A stretch of 24,000 bases of DNA from an uncultured Gammaproteobacteria bacterium. Lineage in GTDB: Bacteria; Pseudomonadota; Gammaproteobacteria; SZUA-229. Position 1 is the stretch's first letter. Each line of letters begins with the position of its first letter. The position numbers and the translations under genes were made by a program. The stretch is taken from the NCBI GenBank assembly GCA_963792545.1, contig CAWBXM010000069.1, positions 8,203 to 32,202 on the forward strand, read 5' to 3'. The notes below the pieces were generated by a model. The model was not told the DNA's origin, searched no databases, and saw only the letters and a program-made list of their open reading frames with translations. This document shows, one piece after another, positions 6,274 to 14,832 of the stretch.

Positions 6274-9060
6274 ATGATGAAGCAAGGAAACAATCTACTC
6301 AACAAGAGTGAGCTCGAGGATTTAAGCGTTAGTCAAGTGGCAACCTGGCAAGCTCCCATCCTACAATCCAAATTGCATAGGCCCCCGATAACGCCGGACC
6401 ATGTGCACCGGCCCGAATTGGTAAGACTTCTTGACAGGAATATCCCACAGGGCCTGATATTGGTCTCAGCTCCGGCCGGGTACGGAAAAAGTACCCTGGT
6501 TAGTTGCTGGCTGGAGGGTAGCGAGAAACCCAGCACCTGGTTGTCCCTTGATGAAGATGATAATGAACTGAGCCAGTTTCTTCTCTGTTTTGTTGCGGCC
6601 ATTCAGAAAATTTTTTCCAATACGGGCAGGGAGACCCTCGCCCTGCTCGATGCGCCTGTTTTACCACCTACCAAGCTGTTGGCCATTACCCTGAATAACG
6701 AACTGGAACTGATTGAGCAGGACTTTATTATTGTCATCGATGATATTCATCTCGTTCAGAACCAGACCGTCCTTGAATTTCTCAATACCCTGCTAAACCA
6801 TCCGCCCTTATCGATGCAGCTTGTTTTGATTGGTCGACGGGACCCTGGCATCGCTGTTGCGGCACTGCGTGGCAAAGGACTGTTGGCAGAGATTCGGATG
6901 TCCGACCTTCGCTTTTCAGTTGCTGAAACTAAAGAGCTGTTGAGCCTGACGATGGCCCAGGAATTTAATGACACCATCGCTACAGCCCTGTCCGACAGGA
7001 CTGAGGGGTGGGTGACCGGTTTACGCCTGGCGGCCCTTGCTATGCGTGGCCAGGATAACCCGGGCCAAAAACTTTTGGAGCTGCACGGAACCACGCGTTA
7101 TGTGATGGACTACCTGTTCAGCGAACTCTTGGAGAGCCAGTCTCCCGCTACCCGGCTCTGTCTTTTGAAATCCTCGATCCTGAATCGATTCTGCTCAGCG
7201 TTGTTCGATGCGTTGCGTGAAAATGATGCCGCACCTGGACAGGAGGGTATGGACGGGGGAATGTTTATAAGCTGGCTGCTTAAAAACAATCTGTTCATTA
7301 TTCATCTCGATGCAAACAATCAATGGTTCCGTTATCACCACCTGTTCCAGGAGATGCTAGAGAGGAAGTTGAAGCTGAGCATGGGTGCTGAAGAGGTTGA
7401 GCAGCTTCATCTCAAGGCCAGTGTCTGGTTTGAGTCGAACGGGTTGATCACAGAATCGATCAAGCATGCGCTGCTGGCGGGAGATGTTGAACGTGCGGCA
7501 GATATCGTCGAAGAGCATCGGTACAGCGAGTGGGAGACAGAGAGATGGGGTACCGTTGTCCAGTGGATGAACATGCTTCCTAACGAGATCAGGCGTGTGC
7601 GACCGAAGCTGCTGCTGACTGAGATATGGGTTTGTCTCCTGCAGCATCAGTTTGCCCGGGCCCTTCCACTGTTGGAGCAGGTTGGTGTGCTACTCCGTGG
7701 TCAACCCGCAGAACCGATGGTGGCAGGAGAATTCGCCTTCCTGCGCGGATACGTCGCTTACTTCGAGGGTCAGGCCGAACTCAGTCGACAGGCCCTTGAA
7801 GAGGCGGTGTCGCTGCTGATGGGCAAGCGGACCCCGTTTCTGGGCGAGGCAGAGCTCATGCTCGGTCTGGTTCGTTGCATGCTCGGTGAGAAGGCTCAGG
7901 CCATTCAGGCTTTGAAAACCAGGATCAGTGAAATCGACCCGTCAGAGAACTATTTGTGTTTACGATTGATTGGCGGGTTAGTCTTCATCTACTCGCTTTG
8001 CGGCGATCTGTTGTTGGCACGCATTCAAGGGCAACGTATGCTGCTGCGGGCGAAGAAGACCAATATGCGGCTTGCCGAAGCCTGGAGTTATTACTTTATC
8101 GCCTGCAGCCAACTACACGCCGGGGACCTGGAGGGTGCAGCATTTCAATTTGCACAAGCAGTCGAGTGTCGTTATGCGTTGGAACCCAGGGCAGCGGTTG
8201 ATGCGCTGGCGGGGTTGTCGCTGACCCAGCAACTCATGCAGATGGACGACGATGCGGAAGAGACCTGCCAGCTGCTGCAGGAGTTCGCCCTGGAACTGAA
8301 TGAGCTCGAATTTTTAGCCGTGGCCGACTCCTTCCAGGCCCGACTCGCTTTGTTGCGCGGCGATTTTGCAACGGCGGCGGCGTGGGCACAATCGGCTAAA
8401 GAAGTACCGGTTCCTTCGGCGGTATTTATGTGGCTGGAAGTACCTTCGATCACCCGAGCGAGGGTCTTGCTTGCCACCAGGGTCAGAAAGGACCTGGAGG
8501 AGGCTGTTGAGCTGCTTCGAGCCGTCGAGAAAATAAATGAGGAATGTCGGTTCACTTGCCAGATGATCGAGGTCTCTACCCTGCAGTCTTTGGCGCTGTT
8601 GAAACTGGGCCGCGAAGATGAAGCCCTGAAGTATTTGACAGAAGCTGTGAGCTTAGCCGGACCCGGCAGATGGATCCGCCCATTTATCGAATGTGGTCCG
8701 CTGATGGCGGACTCGTTAAAGCAGTTGGGCCGCAACGATGAAAATTCTGCTCAGATTAAGCGGATTCTGAGCGCTTTCGAAGATGCTGCTCAGGTCAATT
8801 TAAAGGCTTCTCCAGATTTCAAAACCCTGCAGATCCAGGTGCCTTCCAGCGCTCAGCACTTGACTGAGCCACTGACTCCTCGTGAGCTGGATATTCTAGA
8901 GCTTCTGTCACAGCGTATGCAGAACAAGGAGATCGCATACAGGCTACATATCTCTCCGGTTACCGTAAAGTCACACCTGAGAAACATCTATCAGAAACTC
9001 CAAGTCGAAAAACGCCTGCAGGCTGTTGAAAGGGCAATGGATTTAGACCTGATAGCTTAG
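6274..9060 (+). CDS. MalT/AlkS-like transcriptional regulator (STAND P-loop ATPase + helical repeat domain + C-terminal LuxR-type HTH)
   Basis: The protein is 928 aa. It has a Walker A motif (SAPAGYGKST) and a Walker B-like motif (FIIVIDDIH), then a long helical middle region. The C-terminus is a LuxR-type HTH: LTPRELDILELLSQRMQNKEIAYRLHISPVTVKSHLRNIYQKLQV. Confidence 0.85.
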   Translation: MMKQGNNLLNKSELEDLSVSQVATWQAPILQSKLHRPPITPDHVHRPELVRLLDRNIPQGLILVSAPAGYGKSTLVSCWLEGSEKPSTWLSLDEDDNELSQFLLCFVAAIQKIFSNTGRETLALLDAPVLPPTKLLAITLNNELELIEQDFIIVIDDIHLVQNQTVLEFLNTLLNHPPLSMQLVLIGRRDPGIAVAALRGKGLLAEIRMSDLRFSVAETKELLSLTMAQEFNDTIATALSDRTEGWVTGLRLAALAMRGQDNPGQKLLELHGTTRYVMDYLFSELLESQSPATRLCLLKSSILNRFCSALFDALRENDAAPGQEGMDGGMFISWLLKNNLFIIHLDANNQWFRYHHLFQEMLERKLKLSMGAEEVEQLHLKASVWFESNGLITESIKHALLAGDVERAADIVEEHRYSEWETERWGTVVQWMNMLPNEIRRVRPKLLLTEIWVCLLQHQFARALPLLEQVGVLLRGQPAEPMVAGEFAFLRGYVAYFEGQAELSRQALEEAVSLLMGKRTPFLGEAELMLGLVRCMLGEKAQAIQALKTRISEIDPSENYLCLRLIGGLVFIYSLCGDLLLARIQGQRMLLRAKKTNMRLAEAWSYYFIACSQLHAGDLEGAAFQFAQAVECRYALEPRAAVDALAGLSLTQQLMQMDDDAEETCQLLQEFALELNELEFLAVADSFQARLALLRGDFATAAAWAQSAKEVPVPSAVFMWLEVPSITRARVLLATRVRKDLEEAVELLRAVEKINEECRFTCQMIEVSTLQSLALLKLGREDEALKYLTEAVSLAGPGRWIRPFIECGPLMADSLKQLGRNDENSAQIKRILSAFEDAAQVNLKASPDFKTLQIQVPSSAQHLTEPLTPRELDILELLSQRMQNKEIAYRLHISPVTVKSHLRNIYQKLQVEKRLQAVERAMDLDLIA

Positions 9061-9127
9061 TCGTAACTTAAGCCCTTTCCCCACTCGTCAAGCAGTCCAG
9101 AAAACTTTCCAAACGTGGTGGCCTCCC

Positions 9128-9149
9128 TACGCCATATTTACGCCATTTT
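9128..9149. promoter_or_regulatory. Candidate operator: tandem 11-bp direct repeat upstream of the hydrolase gene
   Basis: TACGCCATATT (9128-9138) is followed directly by TACGCCATTTT (9139-9149), 10/11 identical with a period of one helical turn. The pair lies about 120 nt upstream of ATG 9270. Statistical support is only moderate. Confidence 0.3.
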
Positions 9150-9269
9150 GATGCTTGTACCTGTTCTTTTGGATAACTATAGTTTACTCGAATCATGGAC
9201 AAAGCCTGAGATACAAAGGTGTATTCAAGGTTTATCCAACCTTTAAACGTAAATAGTACGGAGAATGAA

Positions 9270-10181
9270 ATGAGCTTACCAGGAAAAACAATGAAAATTG
9301 GTGGTTGGAACTACCATGTAAGTGATCAAGGAAGTGGTGATAAAGGAGTAGTCATGCTGGTTCACGGCATGCCCGATGACGGTAGCTGTTGGAAATATCA
9401 AGTGCCGGCGTTATTAAACGCAGGTTACCGCTGTATTGTCCCAGATACTCTAGGTTATGGTCTTACTGACCGTCCAGTTGAAGTTGAGCATTACAAAGTT
9501 GAATTGATAATTGAGCATATGTTTGAAATTATCGAAAAACTGGGCCTTAAAGATATCAACTTAGTGGGTCATGACTGGGGCTCTGCCATTACATGGGCCA
9601 TGCTCATGCAGAAACCGGAGCTGTTCAGAAAATACTGTTCCTTGTCAGTTGGCCACTTGGGCTGTGTGTTTGGCCAGGCCCACGACATGACTCAGGAAAA
9701 AGGCACCCCCGAGCGCATGCTTGAATCCGTTAAGACCAACTGGTTTACCTTCCATCATACTCAACCAGGTATGGAAGAACTTTATATGACGAACGACTTC
9801 AAATACTTCGATCTTTTCTTCTGTTCGCATCCTGAAAAACAAGAGGTCAAGCGACTCATCAAAGAGACCGGCCGTATCGAATGGCTAAACTATGACATAG
9901 CCAACCCTATGGTCATGGACTACCTGGCAACGGCCAAAGATCCGAACGTCTATCCGAACGTCACGGTGCCGGTCATGGTGATTTACCCTGAGCAAGATAT
10001 GTTCTTGTGGCCAACTCAGGCCATTGATACTCCTTCACGTGTGGATGCTGAGTGCCGTATTGAATTCATTCAAGGCGGCCATTGGTCCATGCTGGATCAC
10101 CCGGACGACGTCAACGTAAGGATGCTGGACTGGTTTGGTTCTGAAACCTACGACGTGCGAGCAAATGTAAAAGAGGCCTAA
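9270..10181 (+). CDS. Alpha/beta-fold hydrolase, epoxide hydrolase / haloalkane dehalogenase-like (Asp nucleophile type)
   Basis: The tracked ORF starts at GTG 9219. ATG 9270 has GGAG 8 nt upstream and is the more likely start. Motifs present are the HGxP-type oxyanion motif (VHGMPDD), the nucleophile elbow GHDWGS, and the C-terminal catalytic His context (QGGHWSMLDHPDDV). Confidence 0.85.
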   Translation: MSLPGKTMKIGGWNYHVSDQGSGDKGVVMLVHGMPDDGSCWKYQVPALLNAGYRCIVPDTLGYGLTDRPVEVEHYKVELIIEHMFEIIEKLGLKDINLVGHDWGSAITWAMLMQKPELFRKYCSLSVGHLGCVFGQAHDMTQEKGTPERMLESVKTNWFTFHHTQPGMEELYMTNDFKYFDLFFCSHPEKQEVKRLIKETGRIEWLNYDIANPMVMDYLATAKDPNVYPNVTVPVMVIYPEQDMFLWPTQAIDTPSRVDAECRIEFIQGGHWSMLDHPDDVNVRMLDWFGSETYDVRANVKEA

Positions 10182-10201
10182 AAGGGCAAGTGGTACACCC
10201 G

Positions 10202-10231
10202 GCTGCCGGCGCATGAGTGTCGGCAGCTTTT
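10202..10231 (+). terminator. Rho-independent terminator after the hydrolase gene
   Basis: GCTGCCG (10202-10208) pairs with CGGCAGC (10221-10227). The loop can extend the stem through C-G and G-U pairs. TTTT follows at 10228-10231. Confidence 0.7.
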
Positions 10232-10314
10232 AGCCTTATTTTAAGCAGGGAAAGTTCCACATACAGCAGATGGGCAATGCTGTAAAAATAGCATTGTGTC
10301 ATGAGGAGGGAAAG

Positions 10315-11679
10315 ATGAAAAGCAAGAGTACCATTGGACTACAGTGGAGGGATCGAATGATTCCTTTATTGATCGTTGCGCTTATGGCGCTTTGCTGCGG
10401 GCAAACTGTCTTCGCAGCATCCTCTGAACCGTCAAGTGAAGAGCCTTCTAGTTTCAGTGGTCCTGATTTCGGTGAGCCTGATAGTTCACTTAGTTTCGGT
10501 GGACCTGATAGTACAACTAGCCGACTGGAGTCGGATAGTCGGCAGCCCAGTACGGCTTTCGACCTCGGCTTCCTGAAACCATGGTACGCATGGAAGGACG
10601 ATCTTCAGAACAAGTACGGGTTGGCCCTGGGGGCGGAATACAACTCGACTTACTTAACCTCCAACGACCGCCTTACTGGTGCCGACAAGGATGCGGCAGG
10701 CGGCATCTTTCGTTTCAACCTGGCCTGGGAGGCGTTCGGACGCGGCACTGACCACCCCGGCACCCTGGTGTTTCTTGTCGAGCATACGCACGCTCTCGGT
10801 GATGATACAGTGCCGAGCAGCTTTGATGGAGAGAGCCTGGGCTACGTAGGGATTTCCAATCTTCCCTATAACAGAGAAGGTTGGCGCTTGAACACACTCT
10901 ACTGGGATCAGAAATTTCAAGGCGGTAAGTATGAAGTGGTCACCGGTTACCTCGACGTTAGCGATTACGTCGACGTCTATCCTCTTGTCAGTCCCTGGAC
11001 AGATTTCTTCAACTATGCCCTCAGCATCGGTTCCGGTGCTCTCGACCTGCCCAATGATGGTGCTCTCGGCCTTGCAGGTGCCGCCTGGCTGACAGATTCC
11101 GTCTACGTCATGGCCGGACTCGTTGACCAGAGAGCGGATGCCACCGATCCCATGCATGGTTTTGACACATTCGTCAATGACCATGAGTATTTCTCGCACT
11201 TCGAGATCGGCTGGACCGGCGCCACCCAGGAAGCCTGGTACCTCAACAATGTCCACCTGACCTTATGGCACGCGGACAAAAGAGATGAGATAGGTATAGA
11301 AGACGGCTGGGGGGGAGTCTTGTCTTTCAATCATGCTATTGGCGACAAATGGCTGGCGTTCACGCGGGCCGGATTTGCAGAGGATGGTGGCAGCCTACTG
11401 GAGCGGTCGGTCAGCATCGGAGGAGGCTATACACCGGGCGGACTCGATTCTCTGGGAACGGGAAGCCAGCTCGGATTCGGTGCCAACTGGGGTAGACCGA
11501 ACGATGCACTGTTTGGCGCTGATCTGGATGATCAGTACGCGCTCGAAGCCTACTATCGTCTGCTGGTAAGCAGGGAGCTTTCCATTACGCCAAGCGTTCA
11601 GTTTCTCATCGACCCTGCTCTCAACCCTGACGAAGACACGCTTTGGGTTTATGGACTGCGTGCGCGTTTAGCTTTTTAG
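10315..11679 (+). CDS. OprB-family (carbohydrate-selective type) outer-membrane porin
   Basis: The tracked ORF is 10270..11679. ATG 10315 follows GAGGAGGG and is the more likely start. It has a signal peptide ending TVFA, then an acidic Ser/Pro-rich linker with an internal duplication (SFSGPDFGEPDS / SLSFGGPDSTTS). The beta-barrel body ends in the OprB-like tail LEAYYRLLVSRELSITPSVQFLIDPALNPD...GLRARLAF, with a terminal Phe. Confidence 0.7.
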   Translation: MKSKSTIGLQWRDRMIPLLIVALMALCCGQTVFAASSEPSSEEPSSFSGPDFGEPDSSLSFGGPDSTTSRLESDSRQPSTAFDLGFLKPWYAWKDDLQNKYGLALGAEYNSTYLTSNDRLTGADKDAAGGIFRFNLAWEAFGRGTDHPGTLVFLVEHTHALGDDTVPSSFDGESLGYVGISNLPYNREGWRLNTLYWDQKFQGGKYEVVTGYLDVSDYVDVYPLVSPWTDFFNYALSIGSGALDLPNDGALGLAGAAWLTDSVYVMAGLVDQRADATDPMHGFDTFVNDHEYFSHFEIGWTGATQEAWYLNNVHLTLWHADKRDEIGIEDGWGGVLSFNHAIGDKWLAFTRAGFAEDGGSLLERSVSIGGGYTPGGLDSLGTGSQLGFGANWGRPNDALFGADLDDQYALEAYYRLLVSRELSITPSVQFLIDPALNPDEDTLWVYGLRARLAF

Positions 11680-11892
11680 ACAGGGCTTTTCCTGACCGAG
11701 GTCTAAGCAGTAATTGAATAATGCGGTTGTTTCAAGGTGTCATCATTTCCGGAAGAATCTGAATAAAGATCGTTCCACTATTCAATGATTCACCTCGCCC
11801 GTATGGATGTCGCACAAATCAAATGTTATGTGATGGTTGATAAACAACAAACGCTGTTTTTTAGTTTATCCAGTTTTGGTCTTACTATCAGG

Positions 11893-12081
11893 CTATAAGC
11901 ATGGAGGACTTTTTGATTGTTGTTCTATAACTTCGTAGATTAAATCAAATAAATTAAATTGCGGCGTATCAATCGAATATTTTTTATTCAGTTTGCCAGC
12001 TTTGGTAATCGCGGAGGCTAAATTCTGGGAAGCCTTTTTTATATCATCAATGACTATTTGAGCCTGGGTTTTGCCTTGCAT
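11893..12081 (-). CDS. Doubtful hypothetical ORF (62 aa from ATG)
   Basis: The tracked ORF 11893..12132 begins at TTG, and the first ATG is at 12081. AGGAG lies 15 nt upstream, which is too far for a good RBS. The ORF sits in an 830-nt AT-rich gap. The composition is helical and protein-like, but I recognise no family. Confidence 0.2.
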   Translation of the reverse strand: MQGKTQAQIVIDDIKKASQNLASAITKAGKLNKKYSIDTPQFNLFDLIYEVIEQQSKSPPCL

Positions 12082-12511
12082 GTGATTATTAATTGACTCC
12101 TGGCTACATAACGCGGCGGAATCTATAAGCAATAATAAAAAAGCGTTTCCAGTAACCAGTATTTTTAACTAGTAATTTATCAAGGCGAGTTAATATGTCC
12201 GGGTTTTTAATCAGGTTAGTTTTTAATCTTCCCAGGATTGGATAGTCGTGTTTAAAGTATATATTCCGATCGCTTTTTTACGTTGTTTTATTATGTGTGC
12301 AAAACTGGGCGGATTACGTTTGATTTTTATTGTTTTTGCGACCTTGCATGAGAGTGTAGGGCGTGAGAATATTGCTGTCAGCTAAAAAAGTGACTTTGAG
12401 TTACTGGAATAATCTATAGGCTTTACTTTACTTTATTTTGGTTTGTAGTTGCAGAGTTTAAAAAAATAAATAGCGTTTGATCTGACATTAAATTAAAGGG
12501 TGGACTAAAAA

Positions 12512-13451
12512 ATGATTTATCGACTAACGATTTTCAGCGTGCTGCTGATGGTTTCTTCAATGAGTTATGCTCAGGATAACAGTGATGTTGTTGTGGCTGC
12601 AGGTCCCGAGGAAAACACTGAGGTCTACCCTGTGGGTGACCCCACTTCAGCGCTTGAAACCCGTCTGAGGAGAGAAAGAGCGAATGCAGAAAAGCCTTTT
12701 GTGATCACGCCTCATAAACCCAATTACGCCTTGCCGGCCTATTACCATAGCGACATAAATACTGAACCCTACGAGCCATTTGACGTGTTTGATTCTGATA
12801 CTAGTGATCTTGATAATACTGAGGCTAAATTTCAGATCAGTTTTAAAATTCCAGTGATACGCAATATGTTTAATGGCAGAGTTCACCTCTGGTTTGCTTA
12901 TACTCAAGTTGCTTTTTGGCAGGTATATAATTCTTCGAATTCATCACCATTTCGTGAGACCAACTACGAGCCAGAGATTATGCTGGATATAGAGCAAAAT
13001 TTTAAAATTTTCGGTCTCACTCTTACCCATATTGTACCTGCCTTCGTGCATCAGTCGAATGGTCGCTCAGATCCTCTATCGAGAAGCTGGAACCGTATTA
13101 CCACCAATTTTGTGTTTGAGAGCGGTAACTTCGTGCTGTCTCTAAAACCCTGGTATCGCATCCCTGAGAGTAAAAGCGATGACAATAATCGCCATATTGA
13201 AGATTACCTTGGTTATGGTGATTATATTGCGGCGTATAAGCACAGTGGTATTGTCTATAGCAATGTTATTGCGTAATAACTTTAAATCGAATAATAATCG
13301 TACCAGCGTAGAGTTAGACGTGAGTGTCCCGGTGACAGAAAGGCTAAAGCTTTATGTGCAATATATTAACGGTTATGGTGATGGCTTGATCAATTATGAC
13401 TATAGAAGCCATACGGTCGGTGTCGGCGTTGCGTTGACCGACTGGATGTAA
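12512..13451 (+). pseudogene. pldA: Outer-membrane phospholipase A (OMPLA), frame broken near the 3' end
   Basis: ORF 12512..13276 carries OMPLA hallmarks: a signal peptide, KPNYALP, TEAKFQISFKIPV, SSPFRETNYEPE, and the catalytic HQSNGRSDPLSRSWNR. The conserved C-terminus (LLRNNFKSNNNRTSVELDVSVPV...YVQYINGYGDGLINYDYRSHTVGVGVALTDWM) is in ORF 13179..13451, one phase over (+1). The switch lies within the 13179-13276 overlap, most likely around 13245-13265. Confidence 0.8.
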
Positions 13452-13477
13452 TTACTTGCCAGGATATTACTTGCCAG
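13451..13477. repeat. Short tandem duplication, 12-mer x 2 with a 15-nt period
   Basis: ATTACTTGCCAG occurs at 13451-13462 and again at 13466-13477. The first copy starts at the last base of the pldA stop codon. Confidence 0.85.
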
Positions 13478-13506
13478 CAGTATCAGGTTGGGCCAGAGAT
13501 CTAGAT

Positions 13507-13547
13507 TTTATGTGGTTTTATGGTGTTTTTTTGAGGTTCTTTGAGGT
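13507..13547. promoter_or_regulatory. Helically phased T-tracts (10-bp period) upstream of the beta-barrel gene, possibly curved DNA or an UP-like region
   Basis: TTTTATGTGG is followed by TTTTATGGTG, and TTTGAGGT occurs at both 13530-13537 and 13540-13547. T-runs therefore recur about every 10 bp over roughly 40 bp, 85-125 nt upstream of ATG 13631. Confidence 0.4.
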
Positions 13548-13630
13548 ACAATTTCTGCTGAAAAAGTCCCGGGTGCGTCAGGCTGGAACGAAATTTAAAA
13601 TCTAATGTATAAATTCATTAGGAGTGCAAC

Positions 13631-14659
13631 ATGAAAGTATCAAAAAGTTTGTTAGCTACGTCAATATCGCTAGCCGTTTTATTGCCGATGGGTTCTGCAA
13701 TGGCAGCTGACCCGATGCAAAAAGAAGCTGGCTGGAGTGGTCACGTTATTTTAGGTGCAGGCTACATGGAAATGGAGAACTCTGAGATTTCTGGCACTAA
13801 AATAATCGATCTTGAAAATAAACAGATCAATGACTATGACTCGCCTTCTAGCGAATCTACAGCGATCCCAGTGCTTAACGTTAAGCTCCGCTATACGCTT
13901 GACGATAAAAAGACAGAGTTTTTCCTGGGTAACGAGATGAACGATTATCTGCGTCTTGATTCGGGTATAGCTTTAGGTGTACGCCATCAATTTAAGAATG
14001 TGGGTATTATGGGTGCGCGCTTGATAGTGAGTGCGTCACCGACAGAAGTGTATGAGGATCCTCTGTTGACTGGTAATAACCGTAAAAAGACTGACCGTAC
14101 TTCAGCGGGTATCGGTCTGAAGTGGGAAAAGATTATGGAATCAAATTTTGATTTTGATCTTATTGCCAAAAAGGTAGATGTGGATAGGGATGATAATGGT
14201 CTGTCGCTTGTTGGTACATCGATTACTTCAGGTGAACTAAACGAACTTGAACGTGATGGTACGGTTGCCAGTGCGCAAGTTTTATATACATTCGATATTA
14301 ATAAGTCGAACCAGTTGATACCGGCTATCAAGTTTGTAGACAGTGATAGAGACGGTAAAGCAAGAGATAATAAGGCATATGAAATTCAGCTGCAGCATGT
14401 GTATCAGGGCGGCCATTGGCTAGTCAAAACGACAGTAGCGGGTGGTACCTCTTCATATGATAATGACAACCCGGCATTTGATAAAAAGCAAGATACAGAT
14501 TACTGGGAAGCGGGTGTGAATGCGACCTATATGCAGCCATTCGGCTGGAAAGACTGGGGTATTAATGGCGGTGTGATAGGAAGTGCAGGAAATTCAGATA
14601 TCAACTTTTATGATACACAAGTCTTTGTTGGATACGCAGGTATGATGTACATGTTCTAA
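13631..14659 (+). CDS. Outer-membrane beta-barrel protein, DUF2860-like
   Basis: AGGAG lies 6 nt upstream of the ATG. The signal peptide ends in AMA/AD. The sequence has an alternating beta-strand pattern and a C-terminal aromatic residue (…GYAGMMYMF). Segments such as IMESNFDFDL, LIPAIKFVDSDRDGKA, FGWKDW and DINFYD match my recollection of DUF2860 proteins from Vibrio and Shewanella. The family call is unverified. Confidence 0.7.
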   Translation: MKVSKSLLATSISLAVLLPMGSAMAADPMQKEAGWSGHVILGAGYMEMENSEISGTKIIDLENKQINDYDSPSSESTAIPVLNVKLRYTLDDKKTEFFLGNEMNDYLRLDSGIALGVRHQFKNVGIMGARLIVSASPTEVYEDPLLTGNNRKKTDRTSAGIGLKWEKIMESNFDFDLIAKKVDVDRDDNGLSLVGTSITSGELNELERDGTVASAQVLYTFDINKSNQLIPAIKFVDSDRDGKARDNKAYEIQLQHVYQGGHWLVKTTVAGGTSSYDNDNPAFDKKQDTDYWEAGVNATYMQPFGWKDWGINGGVIGSAGNSDINFYDTQVFVGYAGMMYMF

Positions 14660-14706
14660 GATGTAGATAATGTTTGTAGCAGACTGCTGTATGGCAGAAT
14701 GAAGTA

Positions 14707-14775
14707 AGGGGCAGGACCGGGGTTGAACGATTAGTTAAAGCTTATCGTGTAACCAATTGGCTCTGCCCTTTTTTT
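14707..14775 (+). terminator. Probable intrinsic terminator (long compound hairpin + T7)
   Basis: The outer stem pairs GGGCAG (within 14708-14714) with CTGCCC (14763-14768). The inner stem pairs GGTTGAACGAT with ATCGTGTAACC and has two mismatches. Seven T residues follow at 14769-14775. Confidence 0.5.
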
Positions 14776-14832
14776 GATTGTGCTGCTAAAAGTGCAGAGA
14801 TTGAAAGCCTGTTGTAACGATAGATTGATGCT

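Noticed and set aside
6274-9060. The STAND NTPase as an Avs-like anti-phage defence protein
   Set aside because: The C-terminus is a canonical LuxR-type HTH, and the overall layout is that of MalT/AlkS transcription activators. No nuclease, protease or TIR-like effector domain is present and no phage-related neighbours are visible.
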